Shown: positions 7,924 to 18,075 of the stretch, piece after piece
How positions within the stretch are numbered: position 1 is the first letter of the stretch
Layout of the letters: each line of letters starts with the position of its first letter
Origin: Pelagomonas calceolata
Lineage: Eukaryota
Direction: 5' to 3'
NCBI GenBank assembly: GCA_918797485.1
Contig: CAKKNE010000004.1
Span: forward strand, 3,286,001 to 3,350,000
DNA: 64,000 nucleotides
The notes under the pieces: generated by a model
Told to the model about the DNA's origin: nothing
Databases searched by the model: none
Seen by the model: the letters and a program-made list of their open reading frames with translations, nothing else
Position numbers and translations under genes: made by a program

Positions 7924-10900
7924 ATGGCGGGCATCTACCAGGACTTCAGCCAGTCGCTGCGGCGCAGCCCGAGCCCACCACCGACGACGTACAACCCCAG
8001 GAACTACGATCCCTCGCCTCCAAAGGTGGTACCGCCTCGGCCGCGGCCGCGCCGCGCGCCGCCGACGCGGGCGCCGCGGCGGTCGCGGTCCAAGAAAAAG
8101 GAGTGGAAGAACGCCTGGACGCAGCGCGCCCTGACGCCGCAGACGCTGTCGCCGCCGCCGCGCGCCGATCGCGCGCCCTCGGCGCGGAGCCCGCCGCCCG
8201 AGCTGCCGCCGGCGCCGGCGCCGCCGGAGTCCGCGCCGCCGCCGCCGCCGCTGTCGATCCGGACCGCGCGCAAGCTGCTCGATGCGATGCGCGCGCGCGG
8301 CGTGGCGGCGCAGGCCGAGACGCGGGCGCCGCGCCTCGGGCCGCTCGACGACTCGTGGTCGCCGCCGTCGCCGCCGGCGCAGCCCGACGTCGCGGTCCGC
8401 GCGGCGCGGGCCGTGCTCCGCGAGCGCCGCGTCGCGCCGGGCGTCGGCGAGTGGCTCGTGCGGCTCCTGCTGCGCGTCGAGGCGGACCCGCAGGAGGGCT
8501 GGAACGCCAAGCTCCGGCGCCTCGACGCCTACCTGCACCCGCCGATCCCCTACGACGCCTCCGCGCCGGAGCGGCCGGCCTCGCCGCCCGTCGTCGAACG
8601 CCCGTTCAGCGCCGCGGCCGTCGACGCGCTCGCCGGGCGCGTCCCGACGCCGACGCCGCTCGACCGGGCCCGCTTCCTGAACGCGACCGCGCAGCCGACG
8701 CCCACGGCGCGCCGGCGCCTGGCCTTCGCGACGACAGCGCCGGCGACCGCGTCGACGCGCTCCACCGCGCCGACCGCGCCGACCGCTCCGACCGCTCCGA
8801 TCGCTCCGACGCCCGGCCGCCCCGCCGTTCAGACGCCCGCCGTTGACGCGCGGTCGTCGCCGGCCGTCGCGCTGCTGCGGGACGAGGCCGAGCGCCTCTT
8901 TCCGACGCCCACCGCGCGGGCGCGCGCGGAGGCGTCCGAGCGCCTGTTTCCGTCGCCCGAGTCCGTGTCCGCGGACGAGCTGCACCGGCTCTTCCGGACG
9001 CCCGAGGCCACGCCGGCGCCGAAGTCGCCCGAGGCGTCGCCGCCGGCCTCGCCGCCGACGCCCGCCGAGACTCGGGCCTTCGAGGCGACGGCGCTCGCGG
9101 TGACGGTCGCGCGCGGCGGCTCGCCCTCGGTCGACGTCGACGGGGGCGACGGCTTCGCCTGGATCGCCGTGCTGCCGCCGGACCCGAAGCCCGTGCCACT
9201 CAAGGCGCCGAGCCCGCGCGCCGCGCCGGAGGTCTACACGCCGCCGCCGCCGCCGGCGATCGTCGTCAAGCCCGGGCCGATCGCTGACGAGGTCGCCTGC
9301 CTCGCGCTCCTCCGCCGCGCGGCCTGCGCGCTGCCCTTTGACCTGCTGCTGCGGTGGCGCGCGCACCTCCGGACGGCCGGGCGGCGGCGCGTCGAGCCAA
9401 AAAGGCGGCGCTCGCTGGGGGACCCGCCACGTAAGGCCTCGACGAGGCCCGCGCGCCGGGCGTCCATCGACTCGACCGTGTCCCAGGTCTCGGCCGTCGA
9501 CGACGCCACGCGCGGCCGAAGCTCCAAGCCGGAGGACGCGCGGACGCCCGCGCTGCGGCGGGCGGCCGCGCGCGTCTTCGACGCCGTGGTGCGCGGGCGG
9601 GCCCACGCGGCCTGGCGCGCGTTCGCGCGGAAATGCCGGCGCCTCGACACGCACGCGGTGCGGCGCGCCAAGGCCCGGGGCCTCGCCCGCTTCGCCTTCT
9701 TCGCCGAGCGGCGCCGGGCCGTCCGCTCCTTAGTGGCGCGGGCCCGCCGGAACGCGCTGTTCCGCGGCGTCCTGCGCTTCGCCCACGTGCGGCGCAAGGC
9801 GCTCGAGGCGCGCGCGATGGACGTGCACGCCCGGACGAACGCGAAACAGCGCGCGCTGCGGCGCTTCGAGGCGTGGCGCGACTGGATGCAAAAGCTCCGC
9901 GCCTGCGACGCGCTCGCGCGCCGGCGCGGCAAGGAACGGGGCCTCGCGCACGCCGCGAAATTCGCGCGGATGCGCGTCTTCAAGCGGCGCCACCGCGCGG
10001 CGGTCGTCCTCCAGTGCGCGCGGCGCTGCTTCGATGCGCGGCGCGCGGCCCGGAACCTCCGCGGCGTCGTCGACGCGCAGCGCCGCGCGCGGGGCAACGC
10101 CGCACGCCGCTTCTTCCGGCGCGCGCGCGCGGCCCGCCGGACGCAAGCCCATTTCCGGGGCTTCCTCGCGCGGCGGCTCTACGCGCATAGGCGCCGACGC
10201 TGCCTCCTCGCCGGGGCCAATTTCCGGCGGAACGTGGCGCGGGCGCGCTTCGTCAAGCTTCGCTGCGCGACTATCCGGCTCGAGGCGGCCGCGCGGCGGC
10301 GGCCCCGGCGCCGCTGGTTCGTCGGCGCGCGCGTGGCGTCGCGCGTCGTCGCGCGGCGCGCGCGGGGCCGCTCGCGGCGGCTCTGGTACCTCGGCGCGCG
10401 GGCGGCGGCCATCGCTCTCGAGGCGCTCGTGCGGGGCGAGATCGCGCGGGCGGCCTACACGCGGCTCTGCGCGTCGATCTGGATTCAGACCTACGTCCGG
10501 GGCTTTGTCGCTCGCGTGCGCTTCGGCGCGCTGCGCACCGTTGCGGTTCGGGCGCAGACGCGCGCCCGCGGGCGGCGGGCGCGACGCCTTTATCACGAGG
10601 CGCTCCGCGCGACCGTCGTGCTGGAGACCTGGGTGCGGCATCAGCTCTGGCGCCTGCTCTTCGGACGGCTCCGGACCGCGGCCTTGCTGGCGCAGCGCCA
10701 CGTGCGCGGCGCGGCGGCGCGAAGAGAGGCGGCGCGGCGGCGGAAGCGCCGCGACGCCGCGACGGCCATTCAGCGTTGCGTGCGCGGCCGGTCGCGGAAT
10801 GTGTGGTTCCGGGGCGCGCGCGCCGCCGCGACCTGTCTGGAGGCGCTCGCGCGCGGTTGGTTCGGGCGGGGGCGGGCGACGCGGCTCCGCGCGGCGATCG

Positions 10901-12150
10901 CCATCGAGGCGGCCGGGCGCCGCTCCATGGTGCGTACCTGGTATCGCGGGACCAAGCGCGCGACGGTGTGCGTCCAGCGCCGCGAGCGCGGCGTCCAGGC
11001 GCGGCGGCGCTACGCGGAGGCCAAGGGCGCGGCGGTAGTGCTCGAAACGACGGCGCGGCGGCACCGCGCCGCGACGTCGTACGGGAGGCTTCGCGTCGGC
11101 GCGGCCGTGGCGCAGACGCGCGCCCGGGCCGCCGCCGCAAAACGAGAAGCGGCGCGGCGGCGGCGCCAGCGCGCCGCGGCGACGCTCGTGCAGACGCACT
11201 GGCGCGCGCGCTCGGGGCGCCAGTGGCTTGACGACATGATGCGCTTAGTCAGGATGGTCCAGGCGGCATACCGCGGCAGCCGGGCGCGGAGGTGGGTGCG
11301 GCGGTACCGCGCCGCCCGCGCGATCCAGGGCCCGTGGCGCGGCGCGGCGATGCGACAGGTCCTCCGGCGCGAAGAGAGGGCGGCAGCAACGCTGGGCCGC
11401 CACGAGCGCGCGCGCCAGTTCAGGCGGGAGGTCCGGCGGGCGGCGAAGCGCTGGCGCTACCGCAACCTCCGGCTCACGCGGCTGCAGGCTCTGGCGCGCG
11501 GCTTCACGCGGAGGTGCCGTATGCGTAACGCCGCCGCCGCGGTGCTGCAACGGTGGGCGCGGTGCTGCGCGGCCTGGCGGCGGTGCGCTTGCTTACGGCT
11601 CGCCGAGGCGGCGACGAGGCGCGCCGCGCTGCTGTTCGGCGCCCGCCTGGCCCTCAAGCGAATGAAGCGCGACGCCGACGAGGCGAACGCGCGGCGCGAG
11701 GCCGAGGCGCGCGCGACGATCGGCAACGTGCGGCTGCACTCGCGCCGGGCGTTGTTAGTTTTGCACGATTTCGCGAAGGCGCGGCAGTGGCGCCGTGCGA
11801 CGGCGGTGCACGGTAGAGCAGTTACGGACGCGCGCTCCCGGCGCCGAGCATTGCGCAAGTGGCGGCGCCGCGTGCGCCAGGCGATCTACGAGCGCATCGA
11901 TCGAGGGGCCACAAAGTTCCTGACGCGGCTCCACGGCGCCGTCTGCGCCCGCAAGGCGTCGCGCCGGGCACGCGCCCACTATCTGGCGTCGCTCGCCTCG
12001 CACGTCTTCCAGTGCTGGTGGTTGAGGACCTTTGGGCTCGCGAACGCCGTGCGCCGCGTGCTGCCGTCGGAGGCCGTGCGGGCGGCGATGGAGCGGGAGG
12101 AGTTTGATGCGTCGCGGTACGATTTGTCGGTTGCGTTCTCGCCACTTTAG
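7924..12150 (+). CDS. Large Arg-rich IQ-motif repeat protein (ASPM-like repeat array)
   Basis: Many IQ-like repeats (TQAHFRGFLARR, IQTYVRGFVAR, IQRCVRGRSR, VQAAYRGSRAR, LQALARGF) after a Pro-rich N-terminus. Confidence 0.75.
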   Translation: MAGIYQDFSQSLRRSPSPPPTTYNPRNYDPSPPKVVPPRPRPRRAPPTRAPRRSRSKKKEWKNAWTQRALTPQTLSPPPRADRAPSARSPPPELPPAPAPPESAPPPPPLSIRTARKLLDAMRARGVAAQAETRAPRLGPLDDSWSPPSPPAQPDVAVRAARAVLRERRVAPGVGEWLVRLLLRVEADPQEGWNAKLRRLDAYLHPPIPYDASAPERPASPPVVERPFSAAAVDALAGRVPTPTPLDRARFLNATAQPTPTARRRLAFATTAPATASTRSTAPTAPTAPTAPIAPTPGRPAVQTPAVDARSSPAVALLRDEAERLFPTPTARARAEASERLFPSPESVSADELHRLFRTPEATPAPKSPEASPPASPPTPAETRAFEATALAVTVARGGSPSVDVDGGDGFAWIAVLPPDPKPVPLKAPSPRAAPEVYTPPPPPAIVVKPGPIADEVACLALLRRAACALPFDLLLRWRAHLRTAGRRRVEPKRRRSLGDPPRKASTRPARRASIDSTVSQVSAVDDATRGRSSKPEDARTPALRRAAARVFDAVVRGRAHAAWRAFARKCRRLDTHAVRRAKARGLARFAFFAERRRAVRSLVARARRNALFRGVLRFAHVRRKALEARAMDVHARTNAKQRALRRFEAWRDWMQKLRACDALARRRGKERGLAHAAKFARMRVFKRRHRAAVVLQCARRCFDARRAARNLRGVVDAQRRARGNAARRFFRRARAARRTQAHFRGFLARRLYAHRRRRCLLAGANFRRNVARARFVKLRCATIRLEAAARRRPRRRWFVGARVASRVVARRARGRSRRLWYLGARAAAIALEALVRGEIARAAYTRLCASIWIQTYVRGFVARVRFGALRTVAVRAQTRARGRRARRLYHEALRATVVLETWVRHQLWRLLFGRLRTAALLAQRHVRGAAARREAARRRKRRDAATAIQRCVRGRSRNVWFRGARAAATCLEALARGWFGRGRATRLRAAIAIEAAGRRSMVRTWYRGTKRATVCVQRRERGVQARRRYAEAKGAAVVLETTARRHRAATSYGRLRVGAAVAQTRARAAAAKREAARRRRQRAAATLVQTHWRARSGRQWLDDMMRLVRMVQAAYRGSRARRWVRRYRAARAIQGPWRGAAMRQVLRREERAAATLGRHERARQFRREVRRAAKRWRYRNLRLTRLQALARGFTRRCRMRNAAAAVLQRWARCCAAWRRCACLRLAEAATRRAALLFGARLALKRMKRDADEANARREAEARATIGNVRLHSRRALLVLHDFAKARQWRRATAVHGRAVTDARSRRRALRKWRRRVRQAIYERIDRGATKFLTRLHGAVCARKASRRARAHYLASLASHVFQCWWLRTFGLANAVRRVLPSEAVRAAMEREEFDASRYDLSVAFSPL

Positions 12151-13733
12151 TGTTCTAAGTTTTCTTGAAAAGTGTTTATGCTTACTGGTAACTATCCGAA
12201 GGCGTTTGCCGGCTGCAATGATGCAAGAGCAGCGAATACACAACTCATCGGAGCTAACGTAATCGACATACTAGCAAATTCAAAAGATACGCCTCGATAG
12301 CGTCAAAAGAATGACCCAAATTCAGAATACATCCTGATCGTTCGCCGAGACGAAATATTTCAGAGTAGCGGCCCGGGAACATACCCTCGCGCCTCCCGGA
12401 AGGCACCGCCCGCGACATTCGCGAATGAGTCTTCCGGCTTGTCAAAATACACCAGCGATTGATGCCGCCTTTTACTATCCAATTGGTACATTATATCAAC
12501 TCCAGCCCGGTTTTCATCCACAATCGACGGAACCGGAGCCGACGGCCCGCGCTCGGAGGGCGGGAGAAGGATTCTATTAGACAACTCCCGAGTTTATGTT
12601 CGTTTCCTTCCGTTTGTTAGTGGTAGATTCCATCTAGCCCGCATCAGCGACCACTGAGCTATTTTAGATATTCCATTAGAGCCTCGGGATTCGACGACTT
12701 CGGTACCTCGCGTTTATACATAGAGTGGCCCAGAACCCAAATCCGCGAGTATCAGCGACGATACTATCCAGATGGACCATAACGCCGTTGTTCTATTCAC
12801 AATCGACCCACTTTCCCGTTCTCCGCGGACGACGGTACGTTGACGGAGCACCAGAAAGGCCCCAGACCGGTGGGTTGTAAAATAAAATTGCGTTTCAGCC
12901 GCTTCGGGTGTGGTACGGGCCAGATAACCGGCTTGATTGTGTACTACATTGCTCCAAGACCCAAAGATGCTCGGCGCGGGTCGTCGGTCTCGGGACCACA
13001 ACATCACGTCAATTCGAGCTAAATACATGGACCTGCGACCATCAGCCCGTGTACCATCACCATGGACCATGACGCGATCATTTATTCCATGATCGACCGA
13101 CTTACGCGAGGTCCAGATCAAGATGTTCACGTCCCAAGCGTGGGCAGCCCAAAGTACCCTTGTCGGCGTGTAGATGGCATATACTTGTAATTGACTATCG
13201 GTGGGGTAGTATGGGGTCCGACGAGACCGCTATTACGATTCCTGGGGGGCCTCGGGTAATTGACGTTTTTGTCGGGAACGGGGCGCCATCGGGCCCAAAT
13301 TATTTACTTTTTTCGGGGGCAGATCTGCTCCTGGAGGCCTCTCGGGGCAGGTCTGGTAGTGGGTAAGCGCCTGTGCCGCACACGCCATCGATGCGGCAGT
13401 CTAGTGCTCTCGGAGAGCCCTGAAAGCAAACCATGGCCTATTGCTGCTAAAGTGGCGTGGGCTACTGAGAGAAACCGGCCAAAAATGCTTGAAGCGCCGG
13501 CGCATGCGGTGTAGGCGCTGGCACGTGTAAAGTACCGACCCTAGGCGACCCCAGGGACACCTCTTCGGCGGGGATTGACAGGATTAAACCGGCGCGGCCG
13601 CCATGGACCGTAGGGCGCCCTCGGCCGCGAATTAAAAGATTTCCTTTTTCGCCCCCCGGTACGTGTCCCATTGGTCTCTTTGGACCATTAGCTAACTGAA
13701 AGGTACTCAAACAGCTGCATGGCGAATTGGTTT

Positions 13734-13757
13734 GCTAGTGTCTTACATGCCGCTAGC
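13734..13757. promoter_or_regulatory. CTAG-bracketed intergenic motif copy (GCTAGTGTCTTACATGCCGCTAGC)
   Basis: Consensus-like copy ending 57 nt before ATG 13815. Confidence 0.7.
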
Positions 13758-13814
13758 TGGTCGAGTTACCCAAAAGCAAGCAGTCCTCGCCTGCGTTTGC
13801 ACGCGGGCACAAAT

Positions 13815-14621
13815 ATGAGGCAAGCGACGTGGGCCCTCGTGCTGGCATGCTTGTTCGCTGAGGCACTAGCCAAGTGCACGCCTCTGCGCGCACGCAGCCT
13901 CGCTGCTGCAGCAGGCCTCCGCGGCGGCGTCGAGCCCGAGCCCGTGGTCAATTCGACGACGCCTAAGAAAAAGAAGAAATCGAAGAAAAAGAAATCGAAG
14001 AGCAAGGCGTCGGCTGCAAGCGCGCCCGCCGCAAGCGCACCCGCCGCCCCGAAAAAGCCCGCCGGCCGCAAGCTCGGCGCGCCGCCCGCGCCGCCGACGA
14101 CGGGGCGTGCCGCGGCGGCGGCGACCGCTGCGCCCGCCGCGCCGGCCGCACCGGCCGCGGCACCACCAGCTGCTGCACCACCGGCCGCGCCGGCTGCGCC
14201 GGTACCGACAGCGCCGCCAGCAGCCGCCGCACCACCACCAGCCGCCGCGGCACCGCCCACGCCTCCGGCGCCGCCGATGACCGCCGCCGCCGCGGGCGAC
14301 GCGGCCGCGGCCGCGGCTGCTGCGGCCGCGGGCCCGCCCGCGCGGACGCCCGGCAGCCTCGCCCGGCGGGCCGCCGGGAAGACCTTCAAGGGCAGCCTGA
14401 TGACGGCGGCGGCCTTCGCCGGCGCGGCGGCGACGACCGCGATGCCGGTCCCGAACACGATCTGCATCGGCGCGACGCTCGGCTGCGCGCTGCGGACCTT
14501 CGTCGCGTTCTACTCGACGATCGCGTTCATGGTCGTCGGGCGCGGCAAGCGGCGGGCCGCGGCGGCCGCCTCGAAGAACGCTCAGTTGGCGGCCCAGGCG
14601 GCGGCGCAGGCGGCGCGCTAG
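13815..14621 (+). CDS. Signal-peptide, Pro/Ala-rich protein with C-terminal hydrophobic segments
   Basis: MRQATWALVLACLFAEALA signal peptide, LRGG motif, poly-Lys tract, AP-rich region, hydrophobic C-terminus. Confidence 0.65.
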   Translation: MRQATWALVLACLFAEALAKCTPLRARSLAAAAGLRGGVEPEPVVNSTTPKKKKKSKKKKSKSKASAASAPAASAPAAPKKPAGRKLGAPPAPPTTGRAAAAATAAPAAPAAPAAAPPAAAPPAAPAAPVPTAPPAAAAPPPAAAAPPTPPAPPMTAAAAGDAAAAAAAAAAGPPARTPGSLARRAAGKTFKGSLMTAAAFAGAAATTAMPVPNTICIGATLGCALRTFVAFYSTIAFMVVGRGKRRAAAAASKNAQLAAQAAAQAAR

Positions 14622-14937
14622 CGTTCTCTATACTATCCTATTATTAGTCTTGGTGGTCCTCTGAGGCCCCCGCACGTTGGCATCGAACTCGTGTGTCATT
14701 TTGAGCGTCCTTAAACGCGTGCACCGCGGCTCCCCGACGAAACCAGCGCTGCAGGGCAACAACTGTTCCGAATCTAGCGGCCGGAAGATTGTCCGGGCAC
14801 GAATCGGCGCCCGCTTGGTCCCGTGCACCAACTCCAAGTGGAGCACTGCAAAGTGCAAACTCCGCGCGAGGGGACGCCCCCGACCGAAGTTGGCTGGACG
14901 GCAAGAACGATAAAAGACGACAGCAACCACAGAAGAG

Positions 14938-15891
14938 ATGGAACACCTCAACAACCTCTTCCAGGCCGCCGCCGCCGGGGCCGGCGCCGGGGCCGACGGC
15001 GGCGGCGCCGGTGCCGGGGCCGACGACACCGGCAACAACAATAACAGCAATAACAGCAACAACACCCCCAACAATAACGCAAACAACGGCAACGCCGCGC
15101 CGCCGCGGCCGCCGCGCTCGGACTTCGCGCGCGAGGCCTACGCCGCCGCGTTCCAGCACGAGATGATGAACGCGTTCGGCCTCGGCGAGCAGTTCGTCGC
15201 GAGCCGCGTCGCGGCCACGTCCCGCGAGGCCGCCCCGGAGCAGCGGACGGGCCCGCCGCCCATGGACGAGGCCGCGCTCCGCGACCTGCCCGTCGTCCGG
15301 GCCACCGAGGAGGACCTCGCCAAGGACGGCAACCGCGAGTGCTGCGTCTGCTTGGAGGCCCAGGAGGTCGGCGACCGGGCCACGAAGCTCCCCTGCGGCC
15401 ACCTCTTCCACACGGAATGCGTCGTCCAGTGGCTCCGCAAGCACGGCACGTGCCCGAGCTGCCGCTACGAGCTCGCGTCGTCGGACGCGGCCTTCGAGGC
15501 GTCGCGGCGCGAGCGCATGGCGCGGCGCGTGCCGCGGTACCGCCGGCGCGAGCTGAATCGATTACCTGTGCGCGAGCTGCGCGCGCTCGCGGCGCGCGGC
15601 GACCGCGTCTTCGCGGGCCTCACCGAGAAGGCGGATCTGGTGAAGGCCCTTATTGATGCTAACCTCGTCCAGATCATCCCGGAGGAGGTGCGGCAGCTCG
15701 ACGCGACGCGCGCGGCCGTCGCGGCCTGGTCGATCCGCCAGCTCAAGCAGCTCATGGCGGACGTCGGCGTCGACTCGACGCGCTGCGTCGACAAGCGCGA
15801 CCTCGTGGACGCGATCGCGGCGTCCGGCCTGGTGGCGTTCGCGGCCGACGACGACGACGCGACGGCGCCGGCGGACGAGGGAGTAAGTTAA
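14938..15891 (+). CDS. RING-H2 E3 ubiquitin ligase with two C-terminal SAP-like repeats
   Basis: CCVCLE...LPCGHLFHTECVVQWLRKHGTCPSCR; LPVRELRAL...EKADLV and WSIRQLKQL...DKRDLV. Confidence 0.9.
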   Translation: MEHLNNLFQAAAAGAGAGADGGGAGAGADDTGNNNNSNNSNNTPNNNANNGNAAPPRPPRSDFAREAYAAAFQHEMMNAFGLGEQFVASRVAATSREAAPEQRTGPPPMDEAALRDLPVVRATEEDLAKDGNRECCVCLEAQEVGDRATKLPCGHLFHTECVVQWLRKHGTCPSCRYELASSDAAFEASRRERMARRVPRYRRRELNRLPVRELRALAARGDRVFAGLTEKADLVKALIDANLVQIIPEEVRQLDATRAAVAAWSIRQLKQLMADVGVDSTRCVDKRDLVDAIAASGLVAFAADDDDATAPADEGVS

Positions 15892-16070
15892 AGAAAGACA
15901 CGACGTCGCGAGTCGCATGAGCTGGTCGCATGAACATTATCCGCTGATAGTGGCGTCCGTTGTTTTCAGGCTTTGCGAAGGCAGCAGCCAGCACACCGTA
16001 AGCGGCAGTGGTGCGGCGACGGTGGGGCAGCATGCGGTGAACGGTGGGCAAGCACCATTCCTGAAGCCAT

Positions 16071-16688
16071 ATGGAGCGCCCGGCGCGGCCGCGCCGCCGC
16101 CTCCGGCGCCGCCGCGGCGCGGAGGCCGGCAACAAGGAGAATCAGATCCCGGCGGCGGTGCTCGCGACGTGCGCGCCGCCGTTGCGCCTCGCGGTCGAGC
16201 GCCTGAGCGGCGCCCATGGCGGCGCCAAGCCGCGCTGGATGAACCTCGACAGCCAGGTCAATAGCCTGGAGGCCGTCGCAATACTCCACGCGGCGTGCAA
16301 GGCCCAGGCGACGCCGTCGCTCGTGACGCTGTCGCTGCGCTACTGCGCGCTGCCAGCTGCTGGCGCGGATGGACAAGACGGCGCAGATGGACAAGATGGT
16401 GGGGGCGGATCCGATGACGCGTTGGATGCGCTCGTCGAACTCGTCAAGGCAAACGTGAATCTCGAGACGCTCTACCTCCAGGGAACCGTGCACGAGGCCT
16501 GGAAGGACGCGCTCACAGAGGCCTGGCACGCGCGGGGCGCCTTGCACCGCATCAGCAACGACGGGCAGACGTTCTTCCGCAAGGTCGACCTCGCCTACCT
16601 CCGGGACCGCGCGAGTCACGTGCCCGCCAAATTTATCCGGGCCAAGAAGTCGAAGAAGGCCCCGAAGAAGGGCAAGAAGAAGAAGTAA
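16071..16688 (+). CDS. Hypothetical protein with RNI-like leucine-rich repeats
   Basis: SLVTLSLRYCAL, NLETLYLQG; Lys-rich tail; start uncertain. Confidence 0.55.
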   Translation: MERPARPRRRLRRRRGAEAGNKENQIPAAVLATCAPPLRLAVERLSGAHGGAKPRWMNLDSQVNSLEAVAILHAACKAQATPSLVTLSLRYCALPAAGADGQDGADGQDGGGGSDDALDALVELVKANVNLETLYLQGTVHEAWKDALTEAWHARGALHRISNDGQTFFRKVDLAYLRDRASHVPAKFIRAKKSKKAPKKGKKKK

Positions 16689-16695
16689 GACTGTG

Positions 16696-17520
16696 CTAGT
16701 TAGCCGCCGCGCGCAGCGCCCGCGCGAGTTCCGCGCCGTCCTCCCAGTAGGCCACGCGCGCGTCGAGGACCTTCGCGTCGTCCTTCATGGCCTCGAGCTT
16801 CTTCGCGAGCGGGAAGCCGCTCCGCGCGCAGACCGTATCAGAGGCGCGCAGCCGCAGGCAGGGGCAGAAGTCCCCGGACCCGTCGCCGACGTAGACGACC
16901 CTGCGCGGCCGCAGCTCGGCGCGCCACTGGTCGAGCACGGCGCCCTTGCAGAGGTTCTCGGGGCACCGCGGGCAGCCGTGCGGCCGGTCGCGCGGCTGGT
17001 ACGGCGCGACCCGCAGGATGTCGTCGTTGTGCGTCTCGTGGTCGTCGTGGTCCTCGCGCGCGTAGGGCTCCCACTCCCCAAGATTCGTGGCCACGGCCGA
17101 GAAGTGGCGCTGTAAACACGCGGCCCGCAGGACCTCATCAATAAAAACGGAGTTCGCGTCCGACAGGATGCGCTGCTCGCAGCCCCTCCCTGCAAGCTCC
17201 CGGACGACCTGGACGACCTCGACAAACACCGGGATGCCCTCGAGGCAGTGCTCGATCTGCCTCCGGGAAACCATGTGCTCCTCGCCGAGCTTTGTGAGTA
17301 AATGGTCCATGAGCGCCGTCCACTTGCCCTTGCCGAAGATGGCCGGCCGCTCCGCCTGCAATTGCTTCATCTCGTCCGTTAAAGCAGGCGCGAGCTCGCG
17401 CAGCACGAACGTGTCCGAGTTCTCGTTCACGAGGGACCAGTCGAAGTCCCACACCACCAAGACGTTGCCCTCGCCTTTGTCGGCGGCGAGCGACGCGCCT
17501 GCGCAGCGGCTCAGCCACAT
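16696..17520 (-). CDS. PHOSPHO1/PHOSPHO2-like HAD phosphatase
   Basis: VVWDFDWSLVNENSD (motif I), ILSDANSVFI, CPENLCKG, VYVGDGSGDFCP. Confidence 0.92.
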   Translation of the reverse strand: MWLSRCAGASLAADKGEGNVLVVWDFDWSLVNENSDTFVLRELAPALTDEMKQLQAERPAIFGKGKWTALMDHLLTKLGEEHMVSRRQIEHCLEGIPVFVEVVQVVRELAGRGCEQRILSDANSVFIDEVLRAACLQRHFSAVATNLGEWEPYAREDHDDHETHNDDILRVAPYQPRDRPHGCPRCPENLCKGAVLDQWRAELRPRRVVYVGDGSGDFCPCLRLRASDTVCARSGFPLAKKLEAMKDDAKVLDARVAYWEDGAELARALRAAAN

Positions 17521-17815
17521 CGTGGTTCTCGGCACTGATGTTGCGGCTACGCCGGGGACAGGAGTGAGCCCCTTTTGTGAGTAGCTACTAAGGTGGGCTG
17601 GACAACACGTCGACGAGCGCGTGCCTCGCGCTGGCCGAGAATGAACAAGAAACTCCGGACTTTCTCTCTGCGTCCGGCTGCTCGCGGCGCGGGAGGGGCA
17701 GCCTCTCGGAGGCGCTGCAGCTGCTTCCGGACTCTCCGGCGCGGACAGGGCGCTCCCGCTCTAGAGTGGTCCGTGGGGAGCTATCCGTGCGTGGAGGGCT
17801 TCGTCGAGGACCCGT

Positions 17816-17837
17816 ACTAGTGTCTTACTACGCTAGG
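17816..17837. promoter_or_regulatory. CTAG-bracketed intergenic motif copy (ACTAGTGTCTTACTACGCTAGG)
   Basis: Shorter-spacer copy in the divergent region 17520/18076. Confidence 0.6.
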
Positions 17838-18075
17838 TTCGCGTTTTGCATGCAAATTTTGGTTTGCGCTCAAGAGCGCACTAATAATTACGCCAATACT
17901 TCACTGTGAACGCCTTCGCCGCAGCACTTCCAGCCGCGCGGGCCGACATAGCACATAGCACATAGCAAAGGGAGCCAAGGGCCTGCAAGCAAGGGCCTGC
18001 CAGAACAGAGGACACAGCGCAGCAGGCCAGCCAAACCTAACCCGCGTAGCGCCAAAGCCATCGAATTGAACAACA

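Noticed and set aside
15883..15969. GTAAGT...TTTTCAG candidate intron at the end of the RING gene
   Set aside because: Splicing would append a low-complexity frame overlapping the next gene, and the RING protein already looks complete. Unresolved without RNA-seq.
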